From assembly GCA_964016885.1 (NCBI GenBank), contig OZ024757.1:186001-250000 (forward strand): a DNA stretch of 64,000 nt, read 5' to 3'. Below, piece by piece: positions 12,801-28,700 of the stretch. Every line of letters starts with the position of its first letter. Positions within the stretch are counted from its first letter, which is position 1. Below the pieces are notes generated by a model that was given only the letters and a program-made list of their open reading frames with translations, did no database searches and had not been told where the DNA came from. This DNA comes from Eledone cirrhosa (Eukaryota). The translations under genes and the position numbers were made by a program.

Positions 12801-15800
12801 GTTGAGAGAGTAGCTACTATGGTGAGATTGTCACATTGGGGTGAAGACAGTAGCTACTAGGGTCAGATAGGGACATTGGGGTGGAGAGAGTAGCTACTAT
12901 GGTGAGATAGTGACATTGGGGTGAAGACAGTAGCTACTAGGGTGAGATAGGGACATTAGGGTGAAGACAGAAGCTACTAAGGTGAGATAGTGACATTGGT
13001 GTGAAGACAATAGCTACTAGGGTGAGATAGTGACACTGGGGTGAAGACAGTAGCTACTAGGGTGAGATAGTGACATTGGGGTGAAGACAATAGCTACTAG
13101 GGTGAGGTAGTGACATTGGGGTGGAGACAATAGCTACTAGGGTGAGATAGTGACATTGGGGTGAAGACAATAGCTACTAGGGTGAGATAGTGACATTGGG
13201 TTGAAGACAATAGCTAGTAGGGAGAGATAGTGACATTGGGGTGAAGACAGTAGCTACTAGGGTAAGATAGTTACATATGGGTGAAGACAGTAGCTACTTG
13301 GGTGAGATAGGGACATTGTGACAACAGTAGCTACTTGGGTGAGATAGTGACATTAGGGTCAATACAGTAACTACTAGGGCGAGATAGTGACATTGGGGTG
13401 AAAACAATAGCTACTAGGGTTAGATAGTGACATTGGGGTGAAGACAGTAGCTACTAAGGTGAGATAGTGACATTGGGGTGAAAACAATAGCTACTAGGGT
13501 GAGATAGTGACATTGGGTTGACGACAATAGCTACTAGGGTGAGATGGTGACGTTGGGGTGAAGACAATAGCTACTAGGGTGAGATAGTGACATTGGGATG
13601 AAGATAGTAGCTACTACGGTCAGATAGTGACATTGGAGTGGAGACAGAAGCTACTAAGGTGAGATAGTGACATTGGGGTGAAGACAATAGCTACTAGGGT
13701 GAGATGGTGACGTTGGGGTGAAGACAATAGCTACTAGGGTGAGATAGTGATATTGGGGTGAAGACAATAGCTACAAGGGTGAGATAGTGACATTGGGGTG
13801 AAGTCAATAGCTACTAGGGTGAGATAGAGACATTGGGGTGAAGACAATAGCTACTAGGGTGAGATAGTGACATTGGGGTGAAAACAATAGCTACGAGGGT
13901 GCGATAGTGACATTGGCGTGAAGACAATAGCTACTAGGGTGAGATAGTGACATTGGGGTGAAGACAGTAGCTACTAGGGTGAGATAGTGACATTGTAGTG
14001 GAGACAGAAGCTACTAAGGTGAGATAGTGACATTGGGGTGAAGACAGAAGCTACTAAGGTGAGATAGTGACATTGGGGTGAAAACAATAGCTACTAGGGT
14101 GAGGTAGTGACATTGGGGTGGAGACAATAGCTACTACGTGAGATAGTGACATTGGGGTGAATACAATAGCTACTAGGGTGAGATAGTGACATTGGGGTGA
14201 AGACAATAGCTACTAGGGTGAGGTAGTGACATTGGGGTGAAGACAATAGCTACTAGGGTGAGGTAGTGACATTGGGGTGGAGACAATAGCTACTAGGGTG
14301 AGATAGTGACATTGGGGTGAAGACAATAGCTACTAGGGTAAGATAGTTACATATGGGTGAAGACAATAGCTACTAGGGTAAGATAGTTACATATGGGTGA
14401 AGACAGTAGCTACTAGGGTGAGATAGGGACATTGGGGTGGAGAGAGTAGCAACTAGGGTGAGATAGTGACATTGGGGTGAAGACAGTAGCTACTAGGGTG
14501 AGATAGGGACATTAGGGTGAAGACAGAAGCTACTAAGGTGAGGTAGTGACATTGGGGTGGAGACAATAGCTACTAGGGTGAGATAGTGACATTGGGGTGA
14601 AGACAATAGCTACTAGGGTGAGATAGTGACATTGGGGTGAAGACAGTAGCTACTAGGGTGAGGTAGTGACATTGGGGTGGAGACAATAGCTACTAGGGTG
14701 AGATAGTGACATTGGGGTGAAGACAATAGCTACTAGGGTGAAATAGTGACATTGGGTTGAAGACAATAGCTACTAGGGTGAGATAGTGACATTGGGGTGA
14801 AGACAGTAGCTACTAGGCTGAGATAGTGACATTGGGGTGAAGACAGTAGCTACTAGGGTAAGATAGTTACATATGGGTGAAGACAGTAGCTACTTGGGTG
14901 AGATAGGGACATTGTGTGACAACAGTAGCTACGTGGGTGAGATAGTGACATTAGGGTCAATACAGTAGCTACTAGGGTGAGATAGTGACATTGGGGTGAA
15001 GACAGTAGCTACTAGGGTGGGATAGTGACATTGGGGTGAAGACAGTAGCTACTAGGGTGAGATAGTGAACTTAGGGTGAAGACAGTAGCTACTAGGGTGA
15101 GATAGTGACATTGGGGTGAAGACAGTAACTACTAGGGTGAGATAGTGACATTGGGGTGAAAACAATAGCTACTAGGGTGAAATAGTGACATTTGGGTGAA
15201 GACAGTAGCTACTAAGGTGAGATAGTGACATTGGGGTGGAGACAATAGCTACTAGGGTGAAATAGTGACATTTGGGTGAAGACAGTAGCTACAAGGCTGA
15301 GATAGTGACATTGGGGTGAAAACAATAGCTACTAGGGTGAGATAGTGACATTGGGATGAAGACAGTAGCTACTAGGGTGAGATAGTGACATTGGAGTGGA
15401 GACAGAAGCTACTAAGGTGAGATAGTGATATTGGGGTGAAGACAATAGCTACTAGGGTGAGATAGTGACACTGGGGTGAAGACAGGAGCTACTAAGGTGA
15501 GATAGTGATATTGGGGTGAAGACAATAGCTACTAGGGTGCGAAAGTGACATTGGGGTGAAGACAGTAGCTACTAGGGTGAGATAGTGACATTGGGGTGAA
15601 GACAATAGCTACTAGGGTGAGGCAGTGACATTGGGGTGGAGACAATAGCTACTAGGGTGAGATAGTGACATTGGGGTGAAGACAATAGCTACTAGGGTGA
15701 GATAGTGACATTGGGGTGAAGACAATAGCTACTAGGTTGAGGTAGTGACATTGGGGTGGAGACAATAGCTACTAGGGTGAGATAGGGACATTGGGGTTGA

Positions 15801-17060
15801 GAGAGTAGCTACTATGGTGAGATTGTCACATTGGGGTGAAGACAGTAGCTACTAGGGTCAGATAGGGACATTGGGGTGGAGAGAGTAGCTACTATGGTGA
15901 GATAGTGACATTGGGGTGAAGACAGTAGCTACTAGGGTGAGATAGGGACATTAGGGTGAAGACAGAAGCTACTAAGGTGAGATAGTGACATTGGTGTGAA
16001 GACAATAGCTACTAGGGTGAGATAGTGACACTGGGGTGAAGACAGTAGCTACTAGGGTGAGATAGTGACATTGGGGTGAAGACAATAGCTACTAGGGTGA
16101 GGTAGTGACATTGGGGTGGAGACAATAGCTACTAGGGTGAGATAGTGACATTGGGGTGAAGACAATAGCTACTAGGGTGAGATAGTGACATTGGGTTGAA
16201 GACAATAGCTAGTAGGGAGAGATAGTGACATTGGGGTGAAGACAGTAGCTACTAGGGTAAGATAGTTACATATGGGTGAAGACAGTAGCTACTTGGGTGA
16301 GATAGGGACATTGTGACAACAGTAGCTACTTGGGTGAGATAGTGACATTAGGGTCAATACAGTAACTACTAGGGCGAGATAGTGACATTGGGGTGAAAAC
16401 AATAGCTACTAGGGTTAGATAGTGACATTGGGGTGAAGACAGTAGCTACTAAGGTGAGATAGTGACATTGGGGTGAAAACAATAGCTACTAGGGTGAGAT
16501 AGTGACATTGGGTTGACGACAATAGCTACTAGGGTGAGATGGTGACGTTGGGGTGAAGACAATAGCTACTAGGGTGAGATAGTGACATTGGGATGAAGAT
16601 AGTAGCTACTACGGTCAGATAGTGACATTGGAGTGGAGACAGAAGCTACTAAGGTGAGATAGTGACATTGGGGTGAAGACAATAGCTACTAGGGTGAGAT
16701 GGTGACGTTGGGGTGAAGACAATAGCTACTAGGGTGAGATAGTGATATTGGGGTGAAGACAATAGCTACAAGGGTGAGATAGTGACATTGGGGTGAAGTC
16801 AATAGCTACTAGGGTGAGATAGAGACATTGGGGTGAAGACAATAGCTACTAGGGTGAGATAGTGACATTGGGGTGAAAACAATAGCTACGAGGGTGCGAT
16901 AGTGACATTGGCGTGAAGACAATAGCTACTAGGGTGAAGACAGTAGCTACTAGGGTGAGATAGTGACATTGTAGTGGAGACAGAAGCTACTAAGGTGAGA
17001 TAGTGACATTGGGGTGAAGACAGAAGCTACTAAGGTGAGATAGTGACATTGGGGTGAAAA
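6900..17060. repeat. Higher-order block of about 3.0-3.3 kb present in three overlapping tandem copies
   Basis: Private markers recur at consistent offsets: ATGGTAACCT at 7131/10471 (3340); CTACGTGGGT at 8701/11934/14929; GAGATTGTCA at 9591/12824/15819; AAGATAGTAGCTACTACGGTCAG at 13601/16596 (2995). Boundaries approximate. Confidence 0.88.
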
Positions 17061-19759
17061 CAATAGCTACTAGGGTGAGATAGTGACATTGCCTTGACGA
17101 CAATAGCTACTAGGGTGAGATAGTGACATTGGGGTGAAGACAAATGCTACAATGGTGCGATAGTGACATTGGGCTGAAAAGAATAGCTACTAGGGTGAGA
17201 TAGTGACATTGGGATGAAGACAGTAGCTACTAGGGTGAGATGGTGTCATTGGGGTGAAGACAGTAGCTACTAGGGTGAGATAGTGACATTGGGGTGAAGA
17301 CAGTAGCTACTAGGGTGAGATAGTGACATTGGGGCGAAGACAATAGCTACTAGGGTGAGGTAGTGACATTGGGGTGGAGACAATAGCTACTAGGGTGAGA
17401 TAGTGACATTAGGGTGAAGACAATAGCTACTAGGGTGAGATAGTGACATTGGGGTGAAGATAATAGCTACTAGGGTGAGATAGTGACATTGGGGTGAAGA
17501 CAGTAGCTACTAGGGTGAAGACAATAGCTACTAGGGTGAGGTAGTGACATTGGGGTGGAGACAATAGCTACTAAGGTCAGATAGTGACATTGGGGTGAAG
17601 ACAATAGCTACTAGGGTGAGATAGTGACATTGGGTTGAAGACAATAGCTACTAGGGTGAGATAGTGACATTGGGGTGAAGACAGTAGCTACTAGGCTGAG
17701 ATAGTGACATTGGGGTGAAGACAGTAGCTACTAGGGTAAGATAGTTACATATGGGTGAAGACAGTAGCTACTTGGGTGAGATAGGGACATTGTGTGACAA
17801 CAGTAGCTACTTGGGTGAGATAGTGACATTAGGGTCAATACAGTAGCTACTAGGGTGAGATAGTTACATTGGGGTGAAGACAGTAACTACTAGAGTGAGA
17901 TAGTGACATTGGGGTAAAAACAGTAGCTAGTAGGGTGAGATAGTGACATTGGGGCGAAGACAGTAGCTACTAAGGTGAGATAGTGACATTGGGGTGAAAA
18001 CAATAGCTACTAGGGTGAGATAGTGACATTGGGTTGACGACAATAGCTACTAGGGTGAGATAGTGACGTTGGGTGAAGACAAATACTACTATGGTGCGAT
18101 AGTGACATTGGGGTCAAAACAATAGCTACTTGGGTGAGATAGTGACATTGGGATGAAGACAGTAGCTACTAGGGTCAGATAGTGACATTGGAGTGGAGAC
18201 AGAAGCTACTAGGGTGAGATAGTGACATTGGGGTGAAGACAGTAGCTACTAGGGTGAGATAGTGACATTGGGGTGAAGACAATAGCTACTAGGGTGAGGT
18301 AGTGACATTGGAGTGGAGACAATAGCCACTAGGGTGAGATAGTGACATTGGGGTGAAGACAATAGCTACTAGGGTGAGATAGTGACATTGGGGTGAAGAC
18401 AATAGCTACTAGGGTGAGATAGTGACATTGGGGTGAAGACAATAGTTACTAGGTTGAGGTAGTGACATTGGGGTGGAGACAATAGCTACTAGGGTGAGAT
18501 AGTGACATTGGGGTGAAGACAATAGCTACTAGGGTGAGATAGTGACATTGGGGTGAAGACAATAGCTACTAGGGTGAGATAGTGACATTGGGGTGAAGAC
18601 AGTAGCTACTAGGGTGAGATAGTGACATTGGGGCGAAGACAATAGCTACTAGGGTGAGGTAGTGACATTGGGGTGGAGACAATAGCTACTAGGGTGAGAT
18701 AGTGACATTAGGGTGAAGACCATAGCTACTAGGGTGAGATAGTGACATTGGGGTGAAGACAATAGCTACTAGGGTGAGATAGTGACATTGGGGTGAAGAC
18801 AGTAGCTACTAGGGTGAAGACAATAGCTACTAGGGTGAGGTAGTGACATTGGGGTGGAGACAATAGCTACTAGGGTGAGATAGTGACATTGGGGTGAAGA
18901 CAATAGCTACTAGGGTGAGATAGTGACATTAGGGTGAAGACAGTAGCTACTAGGGTGAGATAGTTACATTTGGGTGAAGACAGTAGCTACTAGGGTGGGA
19001 TAGTGACATTGGGGTGAAGACAATATCTACTAGGGTGAGATAGTGAACTTAGGGTGAAGACAGTAACTACTAGGGTGAGATAGTGACATTGGGTTGACGA
19101 CAATAGCTACTAGGGTGAGATAGTGACGTTGGGTGAAGACAAATGCTACTATGGTGCGATAGTGACATTGGGATGAAGACAGTAGCTACTAGGGTCAGAT
19201 AGTGACATTGGAGTGGAGACAGAGGCTACTAAGGTGAGATAGTGACATTGAGGTGAAGACAATAGCTACTAGGGTGAGATAGTGACATTGGGGTGAAGAC
19301 AGAAGCTACTAAGGTGAGATAGTGATATTGGGGTGAAGACAATAGCTACTAGGGTGCGATAGTGACGTTGGGGTGTAGACAATAGCTACTAGGGTGAGAT
19401 AGTGACATTGGGGTGAAGACAGTAGCTACTAGGGTGAGATAGTGACATTGGGGTGAAGACAATAGCTACTAGGGTGAGATAGTGACATTGGGGTGAAGAC
19501 AATAGCTACTAGGTTGAGGTAGTGACATTGGGGTGGAGACAATAGCTACTAGGGTGAGATAGTGACATTGGGGTGAAGACAATAGCTACTAGGGTGAGAT
19601 AGTGACATTGGGGTGAAGACAATAGCTACTAGGGTGAGATAGTGACATTGGGGTGAAGACAGTAGCTACTAGGGTGAGATAGTGACATTGGGGCGAAGAC
19701 AATAGCTACTAGGGTGAGGTAGTGACATTGGGGTGGAGACAATAGCTACTAGGGTGAGA

Positions 19760-22700
19760 TAGGGACATTGGGGTGAAGACAATAGCTACTAGGGTGAGAT
19801 AGTGACATTGGGGTGAAGACAGTAGCTACTAGGGTGAAGACAATAGCTACTAGGGTGAGGTAGTGACATTGGGGTGGAGACAATAGCTACTAGGGTGAGA
19901 TAGTGACATTGGGGTGAAGACAATAGCTACTAGGGTGAGATAGTGACAGTGGGTTGAAGACAATAGCTACTAGGGTGAGATAGTGACATTGGGGTGAAGA
20001 CAGTAGCTACTAGGCTGAGATAGTGACATTGGGGTGAAGACAGTAGCTACTAGGGTAAGATAGTTACATATGGGTGAAGACAGTAGCTACTTGGGTGAGA
20101 TAGTGACATTAGGGTCAATACAGTAGCTACTAGGGTGAGATAGTTACATTGGGGTGAAGACAATAGCTACTAGGGTGGGATAGTGACATTGGGGTGAAGA
20201 CAATAGCTACTAGGGTGAGATAGTGAACTTAGGGTGAAGACAGTAGCTACTAGGGTGAGATAGTGACATTGGGGTGAAGACAGTAACTACTAGGGTGAGA
20301 TAGTGACATTGGGGTAAAAACAATAGCTACTAGGGTGAGATAGTGACATTGGGGTGAAGACAGTAGCTACTAAGGTGAGATAGTGACATTGGGTGAAAAC
20401 AATAGCTACTAGGGTGAGATAGTGACATTGGGTTGACGACAATAGCTACTAGGGTGAGATAGTGACATTGGGTAAAGACAAATGCTACTATGGTGCGATA
20501 GTGACATTGGGGTGAAAACAATAGCTACTTGGGTGAGATAGTGACATTGGGATGAAGACAATAGCTACTAGGGTGAGATGGTGACATTGGGGTGAAGACA
20601 ATAGCTACTAGGGTGAGATGGTGACATTGGGGTGAAGACAATAGCTACTAGGGTGAGATAGTGATATTGGGGTGAAGACAATAGCTACAAGGGTGAGATA
20701 GTGACATTGGGGTGAAGTCAATAGCTACTAGGGTGAGATAGAGACATTGGGGTGAAGACAATAGCTACTAGGGTGAGATAGTGACATTGGGGTGAAAACA
20801 ATAGCTACGAGGGTGCGATAGTGACATTGGGGTGAAGACAATAGCTACTAGGGTGAGATAGTGACATTGGGGTGAAGACAGTAATTACTATTGTGAGATA
20901 GTGACATTGGAGTGGAGACAGAAGCTACTAAGGTGAGATAGTGATATTGGGGTGAAGACAATAGCTACTAGGGTGAGGTATGACATTGGGGTGAAGACAG
21001 TAGCTACTAGGGTGAGATAGTGACATTGGGGTGAAGACAGAAGCTACTAAGGTGAGATAGTGATATTGGGGTGAAGACAATAGCTACTAGGTTGAGGTAG
21101 TGTCATTGGGGTGAAGACAGTAGCTACTAGGGTGAGATAGTGACATTGGGGTGAAGACAATAGCTACTAGGGTGAGGTAGTGACATTGGGGTGGAGACAA
21201 TAGCTACTAGGGTGAGATAGTGACATTGGGGTGAAGACAATAGCTACTAGGGTGAGATAGTGACATTGGGGTGAAGACAATAGCTACTCGGTTGAGGTAG
21301 AGACATTGGGGTGGAGACAATAGCTACTAGGGTGAGATAGTGACATTGGGGTGAAGACAATAGCTACTAGGGGAAGATAGTTACATATGGATGAAGACAG
21401 TAGCTACTAGGGTGAGATAGGGACATTGGGGTGGAGAGAGTAGCTACTAGGTTGAGGTAGTGACATTGGGGTGAAGACAGTAGCTACTAGGGTGAGATAG
21501 TGACATTGGGGTGAAGACAATAGCTACTAGGGTGAGGTAGTGACATTGGGGTGGAGACAATAGCTACTAGGGTGAGATAGTGACATTGGGGTGAAGACAA
21601 TAGCTACTAGGGTGAGATAGTGACATTGGGGTGAAGACAATAGCTACTCGGTTGAGGTAGAGACATTGGGGTGGAGACAATAGCTACTAGGGTGAGATAG
21701 TGACATTGGGGTGAAGACAATAGCTACTAGGGGAAGATAGTTACATATGGGTGAAGACAGTAGCTACTAGGGTGAGATAGGGACATTGGGGTGGAGAGAG
21801 TAGCTACTAGGGTGAGATAGTGACATTGGGGTGAAGACAATAGCTACTAGGGTGAGATAGTGACATTGGGGTGAAGACAATAGCTACTAGGGTGAGATAG
21901 TGACATTGGGGTGAAGACAGTAGCTACTAGGGTGAGATAGTGACATTGGGGCGAAGACAATAGCTACTAGGGTGAGGTAGTGACATTGGGGTGGAGACAA
22001 TAGCTACTAGGGTGAGATAGTGACATTAGGGTGAAGACAATAGCTACTAGGGTGAGATAGTGACATTGGGGTGAAGACAATAGCTACTAGGGTGAGATAG
22101 TGACATTGGGGTGAAGACAGTAGCTACTAGGGTGAAGACAATAGCTACTAGGGTGAGGTAGTGACATTGGGGTGGAGACAATAGCTACTAGGGTGAGATA
22201 GTGACATTGGGGTGAAGACAATAGCTACTAGGGTGAGATAGTGACAGTGGGTTGAAGACAATAGCTACTAGGGTGAGATAGTGACATTGGGGTGAAGACA
22301 GTAGCTACTAGGGTAAGATAGTTTCATATGGGTGAAGACAGTAGCTACTTGGGTGAGATAGGGACATTGTGTGACAACAGTAGCTACTTGGGTGAGATAG
22401 TGACATTAGGGTCAATACAGTAGCTACTAGGGTGAGATAGTTACATTGGGGTGAAGACAATAGCTACTAGGGTGGGATAGTGACATTGGGGTGAAGACAA
22501 TAGCTACTAGGGTGAGATAGTGAACTTAGGGTGAAGACAGTAGCTACTAGGGTGAGATAGTGACATTGGGGTGAAGACAGTAACTACTAGGGTGAGATAG
22601 TGACATTGGGGTAAAAACAATAGCTACTAGGGTGAGATAGTGACATTGGGGTGAAGACAGTAGCTACTAAGGTGAGATAGTGACATTGGGGTGAAAACAA

Positions 22701-25700
22701 TAGCTACTAGGGTGAGATAGTGACATTGGGTTGACGACAATAGCTACTAGTGTGAGATAGTGACATTGGGTAAAGACAAATGCTACTATGGTGCGTTAGT
22801 GACATTGGGGTGAAAACAATAGCTACTTGGGTGAGATAGTGACATTGGGATGAAGACAATAGCTACTAGGGTGAGATGGTGACATTGGGGTGAAGACAAT
22901 AGCTACTAGGGTGAGATGGTGACATTGGGGTGAAGACAATAGCTACTAGGGTGAGATAGTGATATTGGGGTGAAGACAATAGCTACAAGGGTGAGATAGT
23001 GACATTGGGGTGAAGTCAATAGCTACTAGGGTGAGATAGAGACATTGGGGTGAAGACAATAGCTACTAGGGTGAGATAGTGACATTGGGGTGAAGACAGA
23101 AGCTACTAAGGTGAGATAGTGATATTGGGGTGAAGACAATAGCTACTAGGTTGAGGTAGTGTCATTGGGGTGAAGACAGTAGCTACTAGGGTGAAGACAA
23201 TAGCTACTAGGGTGAGGTAGTGACATTGGGGTGGAGACAATAGCTACTAGGGTGAGATAGTGACATTAGGGTGAAGACAATAGCTACTAGGGTGAGATAG
23301 TGACATTGGGGTGAAAACAATAGCTACGAGGGTGCGATAGTGACATTGGGGTGAAGACAATAGCTACTAGGGTGAGATAGTGACATTGGGGTGAAGACAG
23401 TAGCTACTAGGGTGAGATAGTGACATTGGAGTGGAGACAGAAGCTACTAAGGTGAGATAGTGATATTGGGGTGAAGACAATAGCTACTAGGGTGAGGTAT
23501 GACATTGGGGTGAAGACAGTAGCTACTAGGGTGAGATAGTGACATTGGGGTGAAGACAGAAGCTACTAAGGTGAGATAGTGATATTGGGGTGAAGACAAT
23601 AGCTACTAGGTTGAGGTAGTGTCATTGGGGTGAAGACAGTAGCTACTAGGGTGAGATAGTGACATTGGGGTGAAGACAATAGCTACTAGGGTGAGGTAGT
23701 GACATTGGGGTGGAGACAATAGCTACTAGGGTGAGATAGTGACATTGGGGTGAAGACAATAGCTACTAGGGTGAGATAATGACATTGGGGTGAAGACAAT
23801 AGCTACTCGGTTGAGGTAGAGACATTGGGGTGGAGAGAATAGCTACTAGGGTGAGATAGTGACATTGGGGTGAAGACAATAGCTACTAGGGGAAGATAGT
23901 TACATATGGGTGAAGACAGTAGCTACTAGGGTGAGATAGGGACATTGGGGTGGAGAGAGTAGCTACTAGGTTGAGGTAGTGACATTGGGGTGAAGACAGT
24001 AGCTACTAGGGTGAGATAGTGACATTGGGGTGAAGACAATAGCTACTAGGGTGAGGTAGTGACATTGGGGTGGAGACAATAGCTACTAGGGTGAGATAGT
24101 GACATTGGGGTGAAGACAATAGCTACTAGGGTGAGATAGTGACATTGGGGTGAAGACAATAGCTACTCGGTTGAGGTAGAGACATTGGGGTGGAGACAAT
24201 AGCTACTAGGGTGAGATAGTGACATTGGGGTGAAGACAATAGCTACTAGGGGAAGATAGTTACATATGGGTGAAGACAGTAGCTACTAGGGTGAGATAGG
24301 GACATTGGGGTGGAGAGAGTAGCTACTAGGGTGAGATAGTGACATTGGGGTGAAGACAATAGCTACTAGGGTGAGATAGTGACATTGGGGTGAAGACAAT
24401 AGCTACTAGGGTGAGATAGTGACATTGGGGTGAAGACAGTAGCTACTAGGGTGAGATAGTGACATCGGGGCGAAGACAATAGCTACTAGGGTGAGATAGT
24501 GACATTGGGGTGAAGACAATAGCTACTAGGGTGAGATAGTGACATTGGGGTGAAGACAGTAGCTACTAGGGTGAAGACAATAGCTACTAGGGTGAGGTAG
24601 TGACATTGGGGTGGAGACAATAGCTACTAGGGTGAGATAGTGACATTGGGGTGAAGACAATAGCTACTAGGGTGAGATAGTGACAGTGGGTTGAAGACAA
24701 TAGCTACTAGGGTGAGATAGTGACATTGGGGTGAAGACAGTAGCTACTAGGCTGAGATAGTGACATTGGGGTGAAGACAGTAGCTACTAGGGTAAGATAG
24801 TTACATATGGGTGAAGACAGTAGCTACTTGGGTGAGATAGGGACATTGTGTGACAACAGTAGCTACTTGGGTGAGATAGTGACATTAGGGTCAATACAGT
24901 AGCTACTAGGGTGAGATAGTTACATTGGGGTGAAGACAATAGCTACTAGGGTGGGATAGTGACATTGGGGTGAAGACAATAGCTACTAGGGTGAGATAGT
25001 GAACTTAGGGTGAAGACAGTAGCTACTAGGGTGAGATAGTGACATTGGGGTGAAGACAGTAACTACTAGGGTGAGATAGTGACATTGGGGTAAAAACAAT
25101 AGCTACTAGGGTGAGATAGTGACATTGGGGTGAAGACAGTAGCTACTAAGGTGAGATAGTGACATTGGGTGAAAACAATAGCTACTAGGGTGAGATAGTG
25201 ACATTGGGTTGACGACAATAGCTACTAGGGTGAGATAGTGACATTGGGTAAAGACAAATGCTACTATGGTGCGATAGTGACATTGGGGTGAAAACAATAG
25301 CTACTTGGGTGAGATAGTGACATTGGGATGAAGACAATAGCTACTAGGGTGAGATGGTGACATTGGGGTGAAGACAATAGCTACTAGGGTGAGATGGTGA
25401 CATTGGGGTGAAGACAATAGCTACTAGGGTGAGATAGTGATATTGGGGTGAAGACAATAGCTACAAGGGTGAGATAGTGACATTGGGGTGAAGTCAATAG
25501 CTACTAGGGTGAGATAGAGACATTGGGGTGAAGACAATAGCTACTAGGGTGAGATAGTGACATTGGGGTGAAAACAATAGCTACGAGGGTGCGATAGTGA
25601 CATTGGGGTGAAGACAATAGCTACTAGGGTGAGATAGTGACATTGGGGTGAAGACAGTAATTACTATTGTGAGATAGTGACATTGGAGTGGAGACAGAAG

Positions 25701-28700
25701 CTACTAAGGTGAGATAGTGATATTGGGGTGAAGACAATAGCTACTAGGGTGAGGTATGACATTGGGGTGAAGACAGTAGCTACTAGGGTGAGATAGTGAC
25801 ATTGGGGTGAAGACAGAAGCTACTAAGGTGAGATAGTGATATTGGGGTGAAGACAATAGCTACTAGGTTGAGGTAGTGTCATTGGGGTGAAGACAGTAGC
25901 TACTAGGGTGAGATAGTGACATTGGGGTGAAGACAATAGCTACTAGGGTGAGGTAGTGACATTGGGGTGGAGACAATAGCTACTAGGGTGAGATAGTGAC
26001 ATTGGGGTGAAGACAATAGCTACTAGGGTGAGATAGTGACATTGGGGTGAAGACAATAGCTACTCGGTTGAGGTAGAGACATTGGGGTGGAGACAATAGC
26101 TACTAGGGTGAGATAGTGACATTGGGGTGAAGACAATAGCTACTAGGGGAAGATAGTTACATATGGGTGAAGACAGTAGCTACTAGGGTGAGATAGGGAC
26201 ATTGGGGTGGAGAGAGTAGCTACTAGGTTGAGGTAGTGACATTGGGGTGAAGACAGTAGCTACTAGGGTGAGATAGTGACATTGGGGTGAAGACAATAGC
26301 TACTAGGGTGAGGTAGTGACATTGGGGTGGAGACAATAGCTACTAGGGTGAGATAGTGACATTGGGGTGAAGACAATAGCTACTAGGGTGAGATAGTGAC
26401 ATTGGGGTGAAGACAATAGCTACTCGGTTGAGGTAGAGACATTGGGGTGGAGACAATAGCTACTAGGGTGAGATAGTGACATTGGGGTGAAGACAATAGC
26501 TACTAGGGGAAGATAGTTACATATGGGTGAAGACAGTAGCTACTAGGGTGAGATAGGGACATTGGGGTGGAGAGAGTAGCTACTAGGGTGAGATAGTGAC
26601 ATTGGGGTGAAGACAATAGCTACTAGGGTGAGATAGTGACATTGGGGTGAAGACAGTAGCTACTAGGGTGAGATAGTGACATTGGGGCGAAGACAATAGC
26701 TACTAGGGTGAGGTAGTGACATTGGGGTGGAGACAATAGCTACTAGGGTGAGATAGTGACATTAGGGTGAAGACAATAGCTACTAGGGTGAGATAGTGAC
26801 ATTGGGGTGAAGACAATAGCTACTAGGGTGAGATAGTGACATTGGGGTGAAGACAGTAGCTACTAGGGTGAAGACAATAGCTACTAGGGTGAGGTAGTGA
26901 CATTGGGGTGGAGACAATAGCTACTAGGGTGAGATAGTGACATTGGGGTGAAGACAATAGCTACTAGGGTGAGATAGTGACAGTGGGTTGAAGACAATAG
27001 CTACTAGGGTGAGATAGTGACATTGGGGTGAAGACAGTAGCTACTAGGGTAAGATAGTTTCATATGGGTGAAGACAGTAGCTACTTGGGTGAGATAGGGA
27101 CATTGTGTGACAACAGTAGCTACTTGGGTGAGATAGTGACATTAGGGTCAATACAGTAGCTACTAGGGTGAGATAGTTACATTGGGGTGAAGACAATAGC
27201 TACTAGGGTGGGATAGTGACATTGGGGTGAAGACAATAGCTACTAGGGTGAGATAGTGAACTTAGGGTGAAGACAGTAGCTACTAGGGTGAGATAGTGAC
27301 ATTGGGGTGAAGACAGTAACTACTAGGGTGAGATAGTGACATTGGGGTAAAAACAATAGCTACTAGGGTGAGATAGTGACATTGGGGTGAAGACAGTAGC
27401 TACTAAGGTGAGATAGTGACATTGGGGTGAAAACAATAGCTACTAGGGTGAGATAGTGACATTGGGTTGACGACAATAGCTACTAGTGTGAGATAGTGAC
27501 ATTGGGTAAAGACAAATGCTACTATGGTGCGTTAGTGACATTGGGGTGAAAACAATAGCTACTTGGGTGAGATAGTGACATTGGGATGAAGACAATAGCT
27601 ACTAGGGTGAGATGGTGACATTGGGGTGAAGACAATAGCTACTAGGGTGAGATGGTGACATTGGGGTGAAGACAATAGCTACTAGGGTGAGATAGTGATA
27701 TTGGGGTGAAGACAATAGCTACAAGGGTGAGATAGTGACATTGGGGTGAAGTCAATAGCTACTAGGGTGAGATAGAGACATTGGGGTGAAGACAATAGCT
27801 ACTAGGGTGAGATAGTGACATTGGGGTGAAGACAGAAGCTACTAAGGTGAGATAGTGATATTGGGGTGAAGACAATAGCTACTAGGTTGAGGTAGTGTCA
27901 TTGGGGTGAAGACAGTAGCTACTAGGGTGAAGACAATAGCTACTAGGGTGAGGTAGTGACATTGGGGTGGAGACAATAGCTACTAGGGTGAGATAGTGAC
28001 ATTAGGGTGAAGACAATAGCTACTAGGGTGAGATAGTGACATTGGGGTGAAAACAATAGCTACGAGGGTGCGATAGTGACATTGGGGTGAAGACAATAGC
28101 TACTAGGGTGAGATAGTGACATTGGGGTGAAGACAGTAGCTACTAGGGTGAGATAGTGACATTGGAGTGGAGACAGAAGCTACTAAGGTGAGATAGTGAT
28201 ATTGGGGTGAAGACAATAGCTACTAGGGTGAGGTATGACATTGGGGTGAAGACAGTAGCTACTAGGGTGAGATAGTGACATTGGGGTGAAGACAGAAGCT
28301 ACTAAGGTGAGATAGTGATATTGGGGTGAAGACAATAGCTACTAGGTTGAGGTAGTGTCATTGGGGTGAAGACAGTAGCTACTAGGGTGAGATAGTGACA
28401 TTGGGGTGAAGACAATAGCTACTAGGGTGAGGTAGTGACATTGGGGTGGAGACAATAGCTACTAGGGTGAGATAGTGACATTGGGGTGAAGACAATAGCT
28501 ACTAGGGTGAGATAATGACATTGGGGTGAAGACAATAGCTACTCGGTTGAGGTAGAGACATTGGGGTGGAGAGAATAGCTACTAGGGTGAGATAGTGACA
28601 TTGGGGTGAAGACAATAGCTACTAGGGGAAGATAGTTACATATGGGTGAAGACAGTAGCTACTAGGGTGAGATAGGGACATTGGGGTGGAGAGAGTAGCT

